DNA of 64,000 nucleotides from an uncultured Armatimonadia bacterium (GTDB taxonomy: Bacteria; Armatimonadota; Zipacnadia; CAVVLO01). A program made the translations under genes and the position numbers. This document shows, in pieces, positions 43,367 to 54,555 of this stretch (the first letter of the stretch is position 1; each line of letters opens with the position of its first letter). The stretch lies in assembly GCA_963749155.1 (NCBI GenBank), contig CAVVLO010000003.1, positions 480,001 to 544,000 on the forward strand, read 5' to 3'. The notes under the pieces were generated by a model, which was not told where the DNA came from, did not search any database, and worked only from the letters and a program-made list of their open reading frames with translations.

Positions 43367-44785
43367 TTAGTCCTTCGCCAGTTCTCCGAAGCGGTTGGCA
43401 ATCGCGAGCGCCGGGTCGAGAGGCACCTCGGCCGGCACGATGTCGGCGGGTATGGAGATGATCGGCAGTGGCTTCAGGGCGTCCGCCTCGAACTGCGGCA
43501 GCCACTCGGCCTCGGCCTTGAGCATTTCCCTGGTCATCTCGCGAGCCTCATACAGTGTGCAGACCGCCGAGGTCAGCGGATCCATCGCGACCGCCTGAGC
43601 GGCCATCTCGGCGTTGCCGGTGAGCGCGGCTTCCACCGTCAGCCCGTGCACCTGGGCATTGCTCATATTCATCGCGGCGCACTGGGGGGGCAAATCGCCT
43701 ACTGTCAGCGGATGCAGGCCCATCCTGTCGGCGTACATCGGCACCTCTACACACGAGCCCCACGGCAGATTGGTGATATAGCCATCGTTGCGCACATTGC
43801 CGTTGAAGCGGAAAGGCTTGTCCAGGGAGATTGCCTCGATGATATGCGAGCAATACTCCGCGCTGCGAGGCTGTAGTTGCTTGCTTTCGCGGGTAAGTGG
43901 GTCCACAGCGGCGAATTTATCCGCGATCATCTTGCTGTACTTGTAATAAGCGCCGCTGGCTCCGCCGAAGTCCGGCATATCACAGTACAGGTCGAGGGCC
44001 TTGCGGTTCTTGCGGAACCACGGCACATACTCCGACAGGTGCCCGGTGCTTTCGGTCATAAAGTATCCGAAGTGGCGGAACACCTCGCCGCGCACTTTCT
44101 CATTTATGTAGTATTCGGGCAGCTCGAACTTGGCGCGCAGGTCGGGATAGAGGTCGCGCCCCTCGTGGTACAGCTCGAGGAACCAGCCCATATGGTTGGT
44201 GCCCGCGCAAAGGAAGTCTATCTCTTCCTTCGGCACCTCGCAGTAGCCCGAAATCAGGTCGAGAGTTGTCTGCACGCCGTGGCAGAGGCCCACGAACTTT
44301 AGCCCTTCCACCATCCCGAGCGCATAACAGCACATTGACATCGGGTTGACGTAGTTGAGCATCGTGGCGTCCGGGCACAGCTCGCTCATATCCTGAGCCA
44401 TATCCATCAGCACCGGGATGCTGCGCAAAGCGCGGAAGATGCCGCCAGGGCCAATCGTGTCGCCGATGCACTGGTCTACGCCATACTTGAGAGGTATCTC
44501 GTAGTCCCACTGGAAGGCGTCCACCCCTCCAACCTGGATCATATTGACCACGAAATCGGCCCCCGCCATTGCTTCTCGGCGGTCGAGGGTTGCCTCAATC
44601 GTGGCTGGCAGGTTGTTCTCCTTCACCACGTCCTGGGCGAAGGCCTCGATGCGCCGAAGCTTCGGCTCGGTGCGATTCATCAGCACGAGAGTGCTGTCCT
44701 CGAGCCCTGGCGTTGCCAGGAGGTCCATCATCAGAGTCTTGGCGAAGACAAGGCTGCCCGCGCCAATCATTGCGATGCGTGCCAT
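43367..44785 (-). CDS. melA: NAD-dependent alpha-galactosidase (GH4)
   Basis: IAMIGAGS, GDTIGPGG, NYVNPM, GLCHGVQ, GTNHM, TESTGHLSEY. Confidence 0.88.
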   Translation of the reverse strand: MARIAMIGAGSLVFAKTLMMDLLATPGLEDSTLVLMNRTEPKLRRIEAFAQDVVKENNLPATIEATLDRREAMAGADFVVNMIQVGGVDAFQWDYEIPLKYGVDQCIGDTIGPGGIFRALRSIPVLMDMAQDMSELCPDATMLNYVNPMSMCCYALGMVEGLKFVGLCHGVQTTLDLISGYCEVPKEEIDFLCAGTNHMGWFLELYHEGRDLYPDLRAKFELPEYYINEKVRGEVFRHFGYFMTESTGHLSEYVPWFRKNRKALDLYCDMPDFGGASGAYYKYSKMIADKFAAVDPLTRESKQLQPRSAEYCSHIIEAISLDKPFRFNGNVRNDGYITNLPWGSCVEVPMYADRMGLHPLTVGDLPPQCAAMNMSNAQVHGLTVEAALTGNAEMAAQAVAMDPLTSAVCTLYEAREMTREMLKAEAEWLPQFEADALKPLPIISIPADIVPAEVPLDPALAIANRFGELAKD

Positions 44786-44786
44786 A

Positions 44787-45884
44787 TTAGCCTCCCACGT
44801 TTTCAGGGCCCAGGTTGCGGAAGATAAACAGCCCTTCCTTCCCTGCGGCCACGATGTCAAGCCGGCCAGTGCCGTCCAGATCCACCACTTCGAAGAAGAT
44901 GCCAGTGCCAGAGTGCGCGCCAATCTTGCCATAGTCTATGACGCACTTGGTGAAGCTCTCGCCGTTCCACTTGAAGTACCACAGGCCCACGATGTCGGTC
45001 TCGCCAGGCTCATGACCGCAGTGCGCGCGGAAGCGGTTGCCAGTCACGAGTTCACATTCGCCGTCGTTGTCGATGTCTACCCACCACATATCATGGTACT
45101 GGGAGAACCAGGGGTCTATGGGGTGCTTGGTCCACTTGCGCGAACCATCGGGCTGCGGCTCGTTCTGATACCAGTCAAGCCCGTAGCCATGCGCCTGGCC
45201 AACGATCAGCTCGTTGAGGCCATCGCCGTTGATGTCCGTCACGATCATCGGCACGCTGGAGTTGCCTGTGTCGAACTCCGCATGGAAGGTCCAGGGGTCT
45301 TTGAGCGGGTCATCGCCAGGCTCCCAGAAGCCATTAGGGCAGATGAGGCAGCCCTTGCCGTTGTTCATTATGTCGCCAAAGCCGAGGCCATGGCCCGAGG
45401 GTTGCTCCGACACGACATACTTGCCGAACTCGCCAACGCCCTTGCCCTCGGTGTCCCGGATAAGCTTGTAGAAGACCAACGGGCTGCCGGGGGTATTGGG
45501 GACTATCTCAAGCTCGCCATCCCGGTCGACATCCCAGGCGCGGGTGGTCTCGATAGAGCCGCATTTGTCCAAATCGTGCGTTGTCCACTCGACCGGCTGG
45601 CCCTGGGGATTCTCGCGCCACTGGACCATCTGGCCCCACCAGCCGCCGGTGACGAAATCGAGATAGCCGTCTCCGTTGATATCCATCGCGATGGTGGAGA
45701 AATCGTCGTAATACTCATCCGCGGCCATAACATCGCACAGCTTGTGCTTCGTCCAGTTTGGGCCTTCATACCAGAAGGCGCCACTCACGATATCGAGCTG
45801 GCCATCGTTGTTTACGTCGAATACACCGACCGACTCGTACCGCTCATCACTAAGTTTGATCTTCTCCCACTCAATACGTCTCAT
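44787..45884 (-). CDS. FG-GAP/VCBS repeat protein
   Basis: Repeated D(I/V)NxDGxxD(I/F)V motifs; no obvious signal peptide. Confidence 0.85.
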   Translation of the reverse strand: MRRIEWEKIKLSDERYESVGVFDVNNDGQLDIVSGAFWYEGPNWTKHKLCDVMAADEYYDDFSTIAMDINGDGYLDFVTGGWWGQMVQWRENPQGQPVEWTTHDLDKCGSIETTRAWDVDRDGELEIVPNTPGSPLVFYKLIRDTEGKGVGEFGKYVVSEQPSGHGLGFGDIMNNGKGCLICPNGFWEPGDDPLKDPWTFHAEFDTGNSSVPMIVTDINGDGLNELIVGQAHGYGLDWYQNEPQPDGSRKWTKHPIDPWFSQYHDMWWVDIDNDGECELVTGNRFRAHCGHEPGETDIVGLWYFKWNGESFTKCVIDYGKIGAHSGTGIFFEVVDLDGTGRLDIVAAGKEGLFIFRNLGPENVGG

Positions 45885-46063
45885 CAAGTAAAAGCCTCCA
45901 GCCAGCAAAGAAAGTCAGCGCCCGCCGGGAGCGCGCCCGCGTCGCAGTTAGGCAGCTATTCTCGCTCCCTGGATGCCTTCCTGCCAAGGCTTGCGGCTTT
46001 CTGGGCGCAGGGAGAACCAATTTGCTGTCAAAGTAATGGGCGTCCGTATCAGGAGGGGAGTCT

Positions 46064-48571
46064 TTGAAATCCGCCTTGTTGCTTTTTATGCTCCTACTGG
46101 CTGGCACAAGCGCCTATGCTTTACAACTGGCCTGGTTGATTGATCCTCTGGAAGGTCCGCCGAGAGTTGATTGGCAGCCTTCGATAACCGCCCTTCAAGC
46201 AGCAGGCTCGGAAGTCCAAACGCTGGACTATCAGGCCGTGGCTGCAGGGGCCCTGGCCCAGAGGGACTTTGATGCGCTGGTGCTGCCGAACGCCTCCTTG
46301 CTTCCCCCTGAGTGCGCGGCGCCACTTGAGGCCTTCCTCAAAGCCGGCGGCGACCTCGTGACCCTGCAGGGCCTTCCTTTTCAGGAGGCGCTGCTGAAGG
46401 AGGGCGATGGCTGGATAGCAGCCAACCATGTCTTCCTCGAAGGGCAGTGGTTGCCCAGGGAAGAGGCCCGCAGGAAGGCTTTGGCGGAGGTACGTCCAGT
46501 TCACTTGCTGCTCGATTTCGAGACGGAAGACCTCTCCCTCTGGCAACGCAACTCCAACCGGATGGACCAGCCAAGCAGCTTGAGCCTTGTGGAAGTAGAA
46601 GAAGGCCAGGCCTTGCGCCTCTCCATCAAGGGCCTGACCGGCTGGGATACTCAGGCCCGCGCGCTGCCCGGGCCCATCGCTGAGGGAGACAATTGTCTCG
46701 TCTTCCGGGCTCGCAGTGATGCTCCTCAGACGCCGGCCCTGGTCGTCGAACTGGATGAGGAGGATGGCACGCGCTGGATTGGCAAAGTGGCTCTCACCTC
46801 CGATTGGCGCTGGTATGCGCTGGTGGCCGAGGATTTCGCCTGCTGGGGCGGCTCTGGGCGAGACGCCCGAGGCGATCAACTGACCTTCCAGCGCGCAACG
46901 CGCCTGTCGCTAGGGCTTGCTTTCGGCATCAGCGTGCAGCCCGAAGGCGACCACGCCTTGCTTGTAGATGACCTTGGCACTGCTCCGGTTGAGCTTTACG
47001 AGGCAAAAGTGTCCAGACTGGACTTTGGACTCAAAGACCTTTCAGATGCCCTTCCTCTGCCTTTGACTGGCTTAACAGCGCCAATAACAGCGGACCTTTT
47101 GCCTCTTTTGTGGCCCTCCAGCGTCCCTCTTGAAGGCGAAGAGCTGCTGCCCTTTCCGCGTCCCGAGCAAGAGGCCTGGCTGCCTCTGCTCGAAGCCTCT
47201 GACTCCCAGGGCAGGCCTCGGTGCCTGGCAGGCGCGCTAGTTCATTTCGCAGGGCCTTATGAAGGCTCCCAGTGGCTTGCTTGGGCGGTGACAGAGCCCG
47301 CCTACTATCAGTCGGAAGAGTTCCGCCAGGGCCTTCCCCAGGCCCTGACCTGGCTTGCCTCGGAAGCGACCTTGCAAAAGGCTGAGGCAAAGGCCCAAGA
47401 AGAGCTTGCAGACCGCCAGACTGTAGGAGGCTGCAATTTCCTCATCGGCACGCAGAACTTCGGCCCGCGCTATCACTTCACCGAAGACAGCCTGCTGGTC
47501 GAATCCGCTCTCGAGATGACCGCTTTGGGCGCCACCAGCTTCAAGGGAGAACTCAGCCGGCGCGTCTTCGCGACCAATACGCGCGAGCAACCGGTCTACG
47601 ACCTGGTCGCTTCGCCCGCTGTCACGACGCTGGTCGAGCTTGCTCAGCAGCCCGATTACAGGCGCCTCTTCGCTCTGCCAATCCGTCAGTATGTCTTTTG
47701 GACTTATCCTCTCGGCGGCGCAAGCTACGTGCCGGACGAGGACGACTCGCCTCATTACGGCTTCTGCAAGCCGATGACGGCGCGCCAGCGTGAAAACGAA
47801 TACCGCGAGTTCTATGACCTGACCGCCTGGCTGCTTGCGACCTACTCAGGCACAGGCAAGCAGTTCTTCCTGGGCAACTGGGAGGGCGATGGGATGCTCG
47901 CTATCGCCTCGGCTGGATGGGGTACCAACCCCTCTGAGGAAGCCGTGCAGGCGATGATCGACCGGCTGCGAGTGCGCCAGCAAGCCGTGAGCGAGGCCAG
48001 AGCCGCAACGCCCCATCACGAGGTTGAGGTCTACCACTACCTCGAGTGCAACAACGTGACGCGCCCGATGCGCGGCGAGGCGATGCGCACGGTCGTTGCC
48101 GATGTGCTGCCCTTCGTGGACGTGGACTATGTGTCTTATTCCAGCTACGAGGCGACCGTAAAAGTCGGTACGACCGAGCTTGCCTCCGACTACCAGCGTC
48201 ATCTGGATTTCATCCTCACCAAAGCGCCGGCGGCGGTCTCAGAGGAGAAGCGCCTTCTCATCGGTGAGTTCGGCTGGCCGGCCTCGACCGCTACGCCCCT
48301 GCAGCAGAAGGAACGCACTCGCCAGGTGTTGCTCGCCGCACTAAGATGGGGCAGCCCGCTCGCCCTTTACTGGCAGCTCTACGACAACGAGGGCACTGGT
48401 TACTGGATGATCGACGACCAGGGCGTGCGCCAGCCCGTGCATACTCTCTATCAGCGCTGCTTTGAAGGCGCGCGGCGCTGGGCAGTGGATTTCCAGGCGG
48501 AAGAAGGCCGACTTCCAACTACTGAAGAACTGCGACCTGTGGTCACCAAGTTGCTAGAAGAAGCACCCTAA
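46064..48571 (+). CDS. Secreted hypothetical glycoside hydrolase-like protein (GATase-like + CBM11-like module, then TIM-barrel-like domain)
   Basis: Signal peptide, DGTRWI module, LGNWEGD and LIGEFG putative catalytic motifs, YWQLYDNE. Confidence 0.6.
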   Translation: MKSALLLFMLLLAGTSAYALQLAWLIDPLEGPPRVDWQPSITALQAAGSEVQTLDYQAVAAGALAQRDFDALVLPNASLLPPECAAPLEAFLKAGGDLVTLQGLPFQEALLKEGDGWIAANHVFLEGQWLPREEARRKALAEVRPVHLLLDFETEDLSLWQRNSNRMDQPSSLSLVEVEEGQALRLSIKGLTGWDTQARALPGPIAEGDNCLVFRARSDAPQTPALVVELDEEDGTRWIGKVALTSDWRWYALVAEDFACWGGSGRDARGDQLTFQRATRLSLGLAFGISVQPEGDHALLVDDLGTAPVELYEAKVSRLDFGLKDLSDALPLPLTGLTAPITADLLPLLWPSSVPLEGEELLPFPRPEQEAWLPLLEASDSQGRPRCLAGALVHFAGPYEGSQWLAWAVTEPAYYQSEEFRQGLPQALTWLASEATLQKAEAKAQEELADRQTVGGCNFLIGTQNFGPRYHFTEDSLLVESALEMTALGATSFKGELSRRVFATNTREQPVYDLVASPAVTTLVELAQQPDYRRLFALPIRQYVFWTYPLGGASYVPDEDDSPHYGFCKPMTARQRENEYREFYDLTAWLLATYSGTGKQFFLGNWEGDGMLAIASAGWGTNPSEEAVQAMIDRLRVRQQAVSEARAATPHHEVEVYHYLECNNVTRPMRGEAMRTVVADVLPFVDVDYVSYSSYEATVKVGTTELASDYQRHLDFILTKAPAAVSEEKRLLIGEFGWPASTATPLQQKERTRQVLLAALRWGSPLALYWQLYDNEGTGYWMIDDQGVRQPVHTLYQRCFEGARRWAVDFQAEEGRLPTTEELRPVVTKLLEEAP

Positions 48572-48581
48572 GGAGGCTCTC

Positions 48582-51537
48582 TTGAGAAAACTCGCTTGCC
48601 TGGTATTGTTGTTGCTGGCGCTGCTGCAGGCGTTTGCTTGCGCAGCAGAGGTGACCCTTTCCGACAACGGTAATGCAACCTTCCAATGGGAGGGCTGGCG
48701 GAGTGCAACGCGAGAGATAACGCTGGAGGCCACCCTCCCTGGGATGCCTTTGATTGATCCGCCCGAATCGCACCCCTTGCCTGGCGGCGGCCTCGAACGC
48801 ATCGCTCGGTATGGCGAGGAGAAGCAAGGCGCGCTCGTAACTGAACGCCTGCTGCCTTCCGCGAGCGGCCTTGATTGGGAAGTCACCTTCGAGCCGCAGG
48901 GCATCACCTGGAGCGGCCCCATGGCCCTGACCCTCCGAGCGCCGTCCGAAGGCCTTTCCCCAGTGGTGGACAGCCTGGGGCACGCCTGACCTCGCGCTCG
49001 AGAACCAGTGGCAGGACCCGCTGGCCACACGACCGAGGGAGGACCGGACCCTCATCTACGGCGGCGCCAGCGTTGTCAGTAGCGATGCCTTCAGCCTGCC
49101 TTTCGTCTGTCTCCTCGCGCCCTCGGAAGGTCTTGGGCTCTCCCTCTTGCAAGCGCCCTCTGACCTCTTGCGCGATATGAAACTCGTCTCGACGGCCGAA
49201 ACCGTCACTTTCGTCCACGAGCGTCATCGGCTGGAGCAAGGCAAACCCCTTACTTTCCACCTGCGCCTCATCGCTCACGAGGCCGACTGGCGCGCCGGCG
49301 CCCGCGAGCTTGTTACGCGCTACCCAGAGTACTTCGAGCCTGAGGCGCAGGATGTGGACGACCTGGTGGGGCTTGGCGCCTATTCCAGCGAGGAAGGCCC
49401 GCTCGAAGCCTACAAGCTGCACCTGATGGGCTTCCGCACCAACTGGAAAGCCTCTTTCGACTTCCCCTATATGGGGATGTTTCTGCCGCCACTGCCACCA
49501 GATGAGCAATGGGATTCTTTCAACCATCGCCGCCCTTCGATCGCCTCGATGGAAGCCTATAGTAAAGCGATGCGGACGCAAGGCTTCCGCGTGCTCAACT
49601 ACTTCAACGTGAACGAGTTCGGCACTGGCATCAAGTGGCCGCCGCCGGCCTCCGAGACCCCTCCGGACGCCCTTTGGAGCGACGCCAACGCCTTCCTCTA
49701 CGGCCCCTTGAACGAGGCCTGGCTGCGCGATGCGGAAGGCAAGCCTGTCTTCTCCTGGGAGTGGTCGGTCGGAATGGATCCAGGCGAGCCAGCCTATCAG
49801 GCCTTCCTGCTAGAGCAAGCCAGGCGCCATCTGCGTTATCTGCCCTCCTCTTCAGGCTTCTGCATCGACAGGCTGGACTGGACGCGCTGGTACAACAAGC
49901 GCGGCGATGATGGCGCAAGCTGGGTAGAGGGCGTCCCCGCGCGGTCGCTCATCGCCTCCTGGCACGAGGTCATCGGCAAGCTGGCGCCGCTTGTGCATGC
50001 CAAGGGCAAGGCAATCTTCGTGAATCCCCTCAACCGCCGCGTTGACCTGATGAACCACGTAGATGGCTTTTACGATGAGATCGCCGACAGGCCCGAATGC
50101 CTGAACTCGGATGCCTTCCTGGGTCTCCTTAAGCCCTCTATTGCCTGGGTCGGCAACGCTTCGGTACTCGGTCCCAAGCCCGAGATCGGCTTGCAGCCTT
50201 TCCTTTATATGGGAGTCCAGCCGACCGCCCCTGTGCCTGGCAACGACCATACCATCCGCCCGGATGCAGAGACCGAGCCCTTTTATCTCACTTACGGACC
50301 GCTCTTCCGAGAGCTGCGCGGCCGTCACTGGGTGCTCTCCCCTCTGGTTGTAGAAGCCGAGAACGGCGTTTTGGCCAACGTTTTCGAGGTGCCAGGCGGC
50401 TATGTCGTGCCTCTCGTGCTGGGCGGAGAGGCGAAGACGGCCACCGTCCACCTGCGTCGGCTCGATTTTCCCTGCCCTTTGGAAGCCCTGCGGGTAGATG
50501 CCCTGCTCCCAGGCCAGACGGCTCAGCCGGTCCAGATGAAGCGCAATGGCGCAGGGCTTACTCTCGAAACCCCTCTTGGGGCGGGCTGTGCTCTTATACG
50601 CCTCTCCTGGCTCTGGGTCGACGACGCCGGGCCGGCCTTCACGAGGTCGCAGGCTGTGACTCTCCACTGCGCCCTGCCTGGCGCCGATATTCGTTACACC
50701 ACCGACGGCAGCCAACCGAAGCCAGACTCGCCTGTCTACACCAGGCCTGTCGTGCTTAAGCAGACAACCGACCTACGCTTCGCGGCCTTCGTGGCGGGCA
50801 AGCAAGTTGGGCGAACGCTGCTGCGTTCCTACACGCGCTCTGAGCCGCCTGCTCCCATCACCCCAGTGCGCGAGTGCACTTTCGAGGACACCCTCACCGT
50901 GGAGCTGGAACGACCTGACTATTTCGCTGGCGGTGTGCTGCGCTACACCCTCGACGGCAGCGAAGTAACTGCTACCTCGCCCGAATGGAGCAATCCAGTC
51001 ACTCTCACCGACACCACCACTTTGCGCGCGCGGCTCTTCCTGGACGGGGAGGCGAGTCAGGAGCTACTAGCGACCTACTCCAAGTGGCCGCCGGTGCCAC
51101 CAGTTGCTGACATATTCTGTTCTGACTTGCCCTGGGTCAGCGCGACGACAGCCTGGGGTGGCTTCGTCAGGCGCGATCTGTCGACCCAGGATCAACCCCT
51201 TACCCTCCACGGGCAGGTGTTCGAGAAGGGACTGGGCGGTTCGGCAAGCTCGGAGATACTCTACGACCTTCAGCCCGAGTGGAAACGCTTCGTTGCGACC
51301 GTCGGAGTGGACGATGAGATGAACGACTGGGACCTGCAGAGCATCCAGTTCAGCGTCTGGGTGGACGGGGAGAAGCTCGCCGAGAGCCCAATCCTTCGCC
51401 GGGGTGACCTGTGGCGCTTCAACGTGGTACTGCCTGAGGGAGGCAAGCGGTTGCGTCTGTTCGCCTGGGATACCGGCGATTCCATCAACTGCGACCACGC
51501 CGACTGGGGCGGGGCAGGCTTCCTGTTAAGCGATTAG
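48582..51537 (+). CDS. Large secreted protein with putative GH domain, two Fn3-associated/CHB_HEX_C-like domains and C-terminal NPCBM; frameshifts around 48980-49100
   Basis: Signal peptide in 48582-48989; IRYTTDGSQP and LRYTLDGSEV; NPCBM-like FEKGLG...VGVDDE...DHADWG. Confidence 0.7.
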
Positions 51538-51557
51538 GAAGTAGATATCCGCAAAGC

Positions 51558-51587
51558 AAAGACGCCGGCGAGTTGCCGGCGTCTTTT
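51558..51587. terminator. Bidirectional intrinsic terminator
   Basis: AAAGACGCCGGC-GAGTT-GCCGGCGTCTTTT. Confidence 0.8.
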
Positions 51588-51613
51588 GGTAGTATCCGTT
51601 ACTGAAGGTCCGG

Positions 51614-52546
51614 TTAGATAGGCACGTCCGAGAGCAAAGTGATGCAGTCGACAGGCACTGCCGGATCGCTGCCAGCGACTACACCTGTCACCGCGGTATC
51701 TGCGCCAGTGACGACCGTGAAGGCGTCGGCAAAGTCCAGGCTGGTCACATTATCGAAATCGAGATAGCCCTCCGCGGTAACTTTCAGCCAGTAGTCGCCA
51801 GGCGGCACGATAGCGCGGAAGGAGCCATCTTCCTGGTTCAAGCTGCCAGTGGCGATGGGGTTGGTGCCGCTAGCGGGATACACGGAGACCTGGGCGGTTG
51901 GCCAGGCTTCAGCAGGCAGGACGCAACCGGTCAGCGCGCCATAGGTTTCCAGATAATCGGAGGTACAGGACAGGCGGATGCCACTCGGCTTGATGTTGTA
52001 TTCACCCGAGGCGCCGCGCTCGACGATAGCCCAATCGGGGTCGAAGTCTATGACCAGAGAGGTCATCTCGCCATCTACCACGACGAAAGGCCCAATCAGC
52101 TTCATCCCGGCGTTCTGGGCGCTGGGAGTAGTTAGTGGCCAATGGGTGGCGTCGCCTTCTTCGACGATGTAGTTGACAGGGTCCTGGCCCTCCACATTGG
52201 GAGCGAGCACCAGGTGAAGCTGGCAGTATTCGCCTGCGGGGATGGTCGCTTCGCCCAGCACTTCCTGCTGGAAGGCAAGGTCCATTACATCAACCTGCCG
52301 AGGCGTGGCAAAGGAGACGATGAGGGGCAGGCCTGTGTTTTCTTGCTGGTCTGCCAACTCGTGGGGTACGGCGTAGATTGCAGATATTGCAATAACAATT
52401 GATTCATAATCGGCGGTGGGGGCATCAGTGATGGAGACGCGGACGTTGTCAGTGCTCGTTCCGCCGCCTCCACAACCTGACACCAAGGCGAGGATGACCA
52501 CCAAAGCAGTCATCAGTAAAAGAACCGTAAGCTTGCGGCTAGCCAT
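51614..52546 (-). CDS. DUF4382 domain lipoprotein
   Basis: Lipobox LVSGC-GGGG; VSITDAP, IPAGEY, LTTPSAQNAGMKL, LVIDFD, YNIKP. Confidence 0.8.
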   Translation of the reverse strand: MASRKLTVLLLMTALVVILALVSGCGGGGTSTDNVRVSITDAPTADYESIVIAISAIYAVPHELADQQENTGLPLIVSFATPRQVDVMDLAFQQEVLGEATIPAGEYCQLHLVLAPNVEGQDPVNYIVEEGDATHWPLTTPSAQNAGMKLIGPFVVVDGEMTSLVIDFDPDWAIVERGASGEYNIKPSGIRLSCTSDYLETYGALTGCVLPAEAWPTAQVSVYPASGTNPIATGSLNQEDGSFRAIVPPGDYWLKVTAEGYLDFDNVTSLDFADAFTVVTGADTAVTGVVAGSDPAVPVDCITLLSDVPI

Positions 52547-52656
52547 TACGAACCTCCCAGTAAAACGTGAATTGAAACAGTTGTACCCTCGGACTCTCAT
52601 TCTAAACCAATTATAAAAGCAGTCGACGGATTATTGACAATACAGACTTGTAAATT

Positions 52657-52676
52657 TTTGTAACACGAATTACAAA
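52657..52676. promoter_or_regulatory. Palindromic operator-like site (Rex-like)
   Basis: TTTGTAA-CACGAA-TTACAAA in the AT-rich divergent intergenic region. Confidence 0.4.
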
Positions 52677-52794
52677 TATTGGAGCAAGCCTTACCACAAC
52701 CTCCCCGGTTGCCCGTCTTGGCGGCGAGTGATATTCTCTGATGTTCACTACACATCAAACAAGACGCAAGCTGAAGTCCTACGAGGAGTTTCCA

Positions 52795-54555
52795 ATGGAA
52801 CTGCTTTCCGGCAATGAGGCCTTCGCCCGAGGCGCCTTCGAGGCGGGAGTCCGCCTGGCCTCTGGCTATCCTGGCACCCCCTCGACCGAGATCCTCGAGA
52901 ATCTTGTCAAGCATAAAGATGAGGTTTATTGCGAATGGGCGCCCAATGAGAAAGTCGCCTTCGAGGTCGCCGCGGGTGCCTGCCTGACTGGGGCGCGCGC
53001 AATCTGCACGATGAAGCATGTCGGCCTCAATGTGGCTGCCGATCCGCTGATGACGCTTGCCTACACGGGCACGGTGGGCGGCTTTGTTGCCCTGGTAGCG
53101 GACGATCCAGGGATGCATTCTTCCCAAAATGAACAGGACACCCGCCAATATGCCCGTTTTGCCAAAGTACCACTCCTGGAGCCTTCCGACTCGCAGGAGG
53201 CACTCGATTTTGTAAAGCTGGGGCTGGAGCTATCCGAGGAGTTCTCCACGCCTGTAATCGTGCGCAGCTCAACGAGAGTAAGCCATTCTCGCAGCCTGGT
53301 CGAGACCGGCGAACGCCTCGTGCCCGAGCGTCCCGTTGGCTTCGTGAAAGACCCGCCCAGTTTCGTGCCCATCCCGATGTGGGCGCGCGAGATGCGCATA
53401 AGGCTCGAAAGCCGGCTCGCTGCGCTTGAAGAAGCGGCCTGCAATTCGCCCCTTAATCGAATCGAGTGGGCAGGCAAGCGGCTTGGGGTCATCGCCTCGG
53501 GTATCGCATATCAGTATGCGAAGGAGGCCTTCCCCAAAGCTTCTTTCCTCAAGCTGGGCTGGTGCTGGCCCTTCCCCGACAGGTTGTTATTCGATTTCGC
53601 AAGTCAGGTAGAGGAAGTGCTGGTCGTCGAAGAGCTGGATGACTTCCTGGAAGAGCATCTGCGTTCGCTCGGAATCGCCTGTCACGGGAGGGATGTCATC
53701 TCGGGCATCGGAGAACTCTCTACCGAGCGCCTGCTGGAGGCCCGCGCAAAGCTCGAAGGCGGGCAGTTCAGTCTGCCGGCCCCAGTCGCCGAGGCGGCTG
53801 ACCTGCCGGCGCGCCCGCCGGTGCTGTGTCCCGGCTGCCCGCATCGGCCGGTCTTCCACGCGCTGGGCAAGCACGAGGTGGTCGTCACCGGTGACATCGG
53901 TTGCTACACTTTGGGCGTGCTGCCCCCTCTTTCGCGCCTGGACACCACCTTGTGCATGGGCGCGGGCATCTCGATGGCCCACGGGATGGACAAAGCAGGC
54001 GAGCCGAAGCCCGTCGTGGGCATCGTCGGCGACTCTACCTTCTTCCATTCGGGCATCACAGGCCTGCTGGACATCGGCTACAACCGCGGCAAGTGTACTA
54101 TCTTCGTGCTGGATAACCGCACCACCGCAATGACCGGCCATCAGGAGCATCCTGGCACCGGCCTGACGTTGATGGGAGAGGCGACCAGCACCGCTTCTAT
54201 CGCGGAGTTCGGGCGCGCCTGCGGCATCAAGCGCGTCATCACCGTAAATCCTTACAACTTGAAACACCTTACCGAGGTAGTCGCTGAAGAGCTGGCCGCG
54301 GATGAGGCAAGTCTTATCATTACCGAGGGCGCCTGTCCCCTGCGAGAACGCAAGCGCGTGGGCATCCAGCGCTTTATTGACGCCGAGGCCTGCAAGAAAT
54401 GTGGCGCCTGCCTGCGCATCGGCTGCCCGGCCATCGAATCTACCGAGGCAGGCGGGGTGCCTTCCATCAACCTGCTGCTTTGCAGCGGATGCGGGCTGTG
54501 CGCGCAAGTCTGCAAGTTCGACGCAATCAAGCTGGCAGGTGAACCAGTAGAATGA
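52795..54555 (+). CDS. iorA: Indolepyruvate:ferredoxin oxidoreductase alpha subunit
   Basis: LLSGNEA, YPGTPSTE, MKHVGLNVAAD, CPGCPHR, GDIGCY, GDSTF, TAMTG and two C-terminal CxxCxxC ferredoxin motifs. Confidence 0.95.
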   Translation: MELLSGNEAFARGAFEAGVRLASGYPGTPSTEILENLVKHKDEVYCEWAPNEKVAFEVAAGACLTGARAICTMKHVGLNVAADPLMTLAYTGTVGGFVALVADDPGMHSSQNEQDTRQYARFAKVPLLEPSDSQEALDFVKLGLELSEEFSTPVIVRSSTRVSHSRSLVETGERLVPERPVGFVKDPPSFVPIPMWAREMRIRLESRLAALEEAACNSPLNRIEWAGKRLGVIASGIAYQYAKEAFPKASFLKLGWCWPFPDRLLFDFASQVEEVLVVEELDDFLEEHLRSLGIACHGRDVISGIGELSTERLLEARAKLEGGQFSLPAPVAEAADLPARPPVLCPGCPHRPVFHALGKHEVVVTGDIGCYTLGVLPPLSRLDTTLCMGAGISMAHGMDKAGEPKPVVGIVGDSTFFHSGITGLLDIGYNRGKCTIFVLDNRTTAMTGHQEHPGTGLTLMGEATSTASIAEFGRACGIKRVITVNPYNLKHLTEVVAEELAADEASLIITEGACPLRERKRVGIQRFIDAEACKKCGACLRIGCPAIESTEAGGVPSINLLLCSGCGLCAQVCKFDAIKLAGEPVE

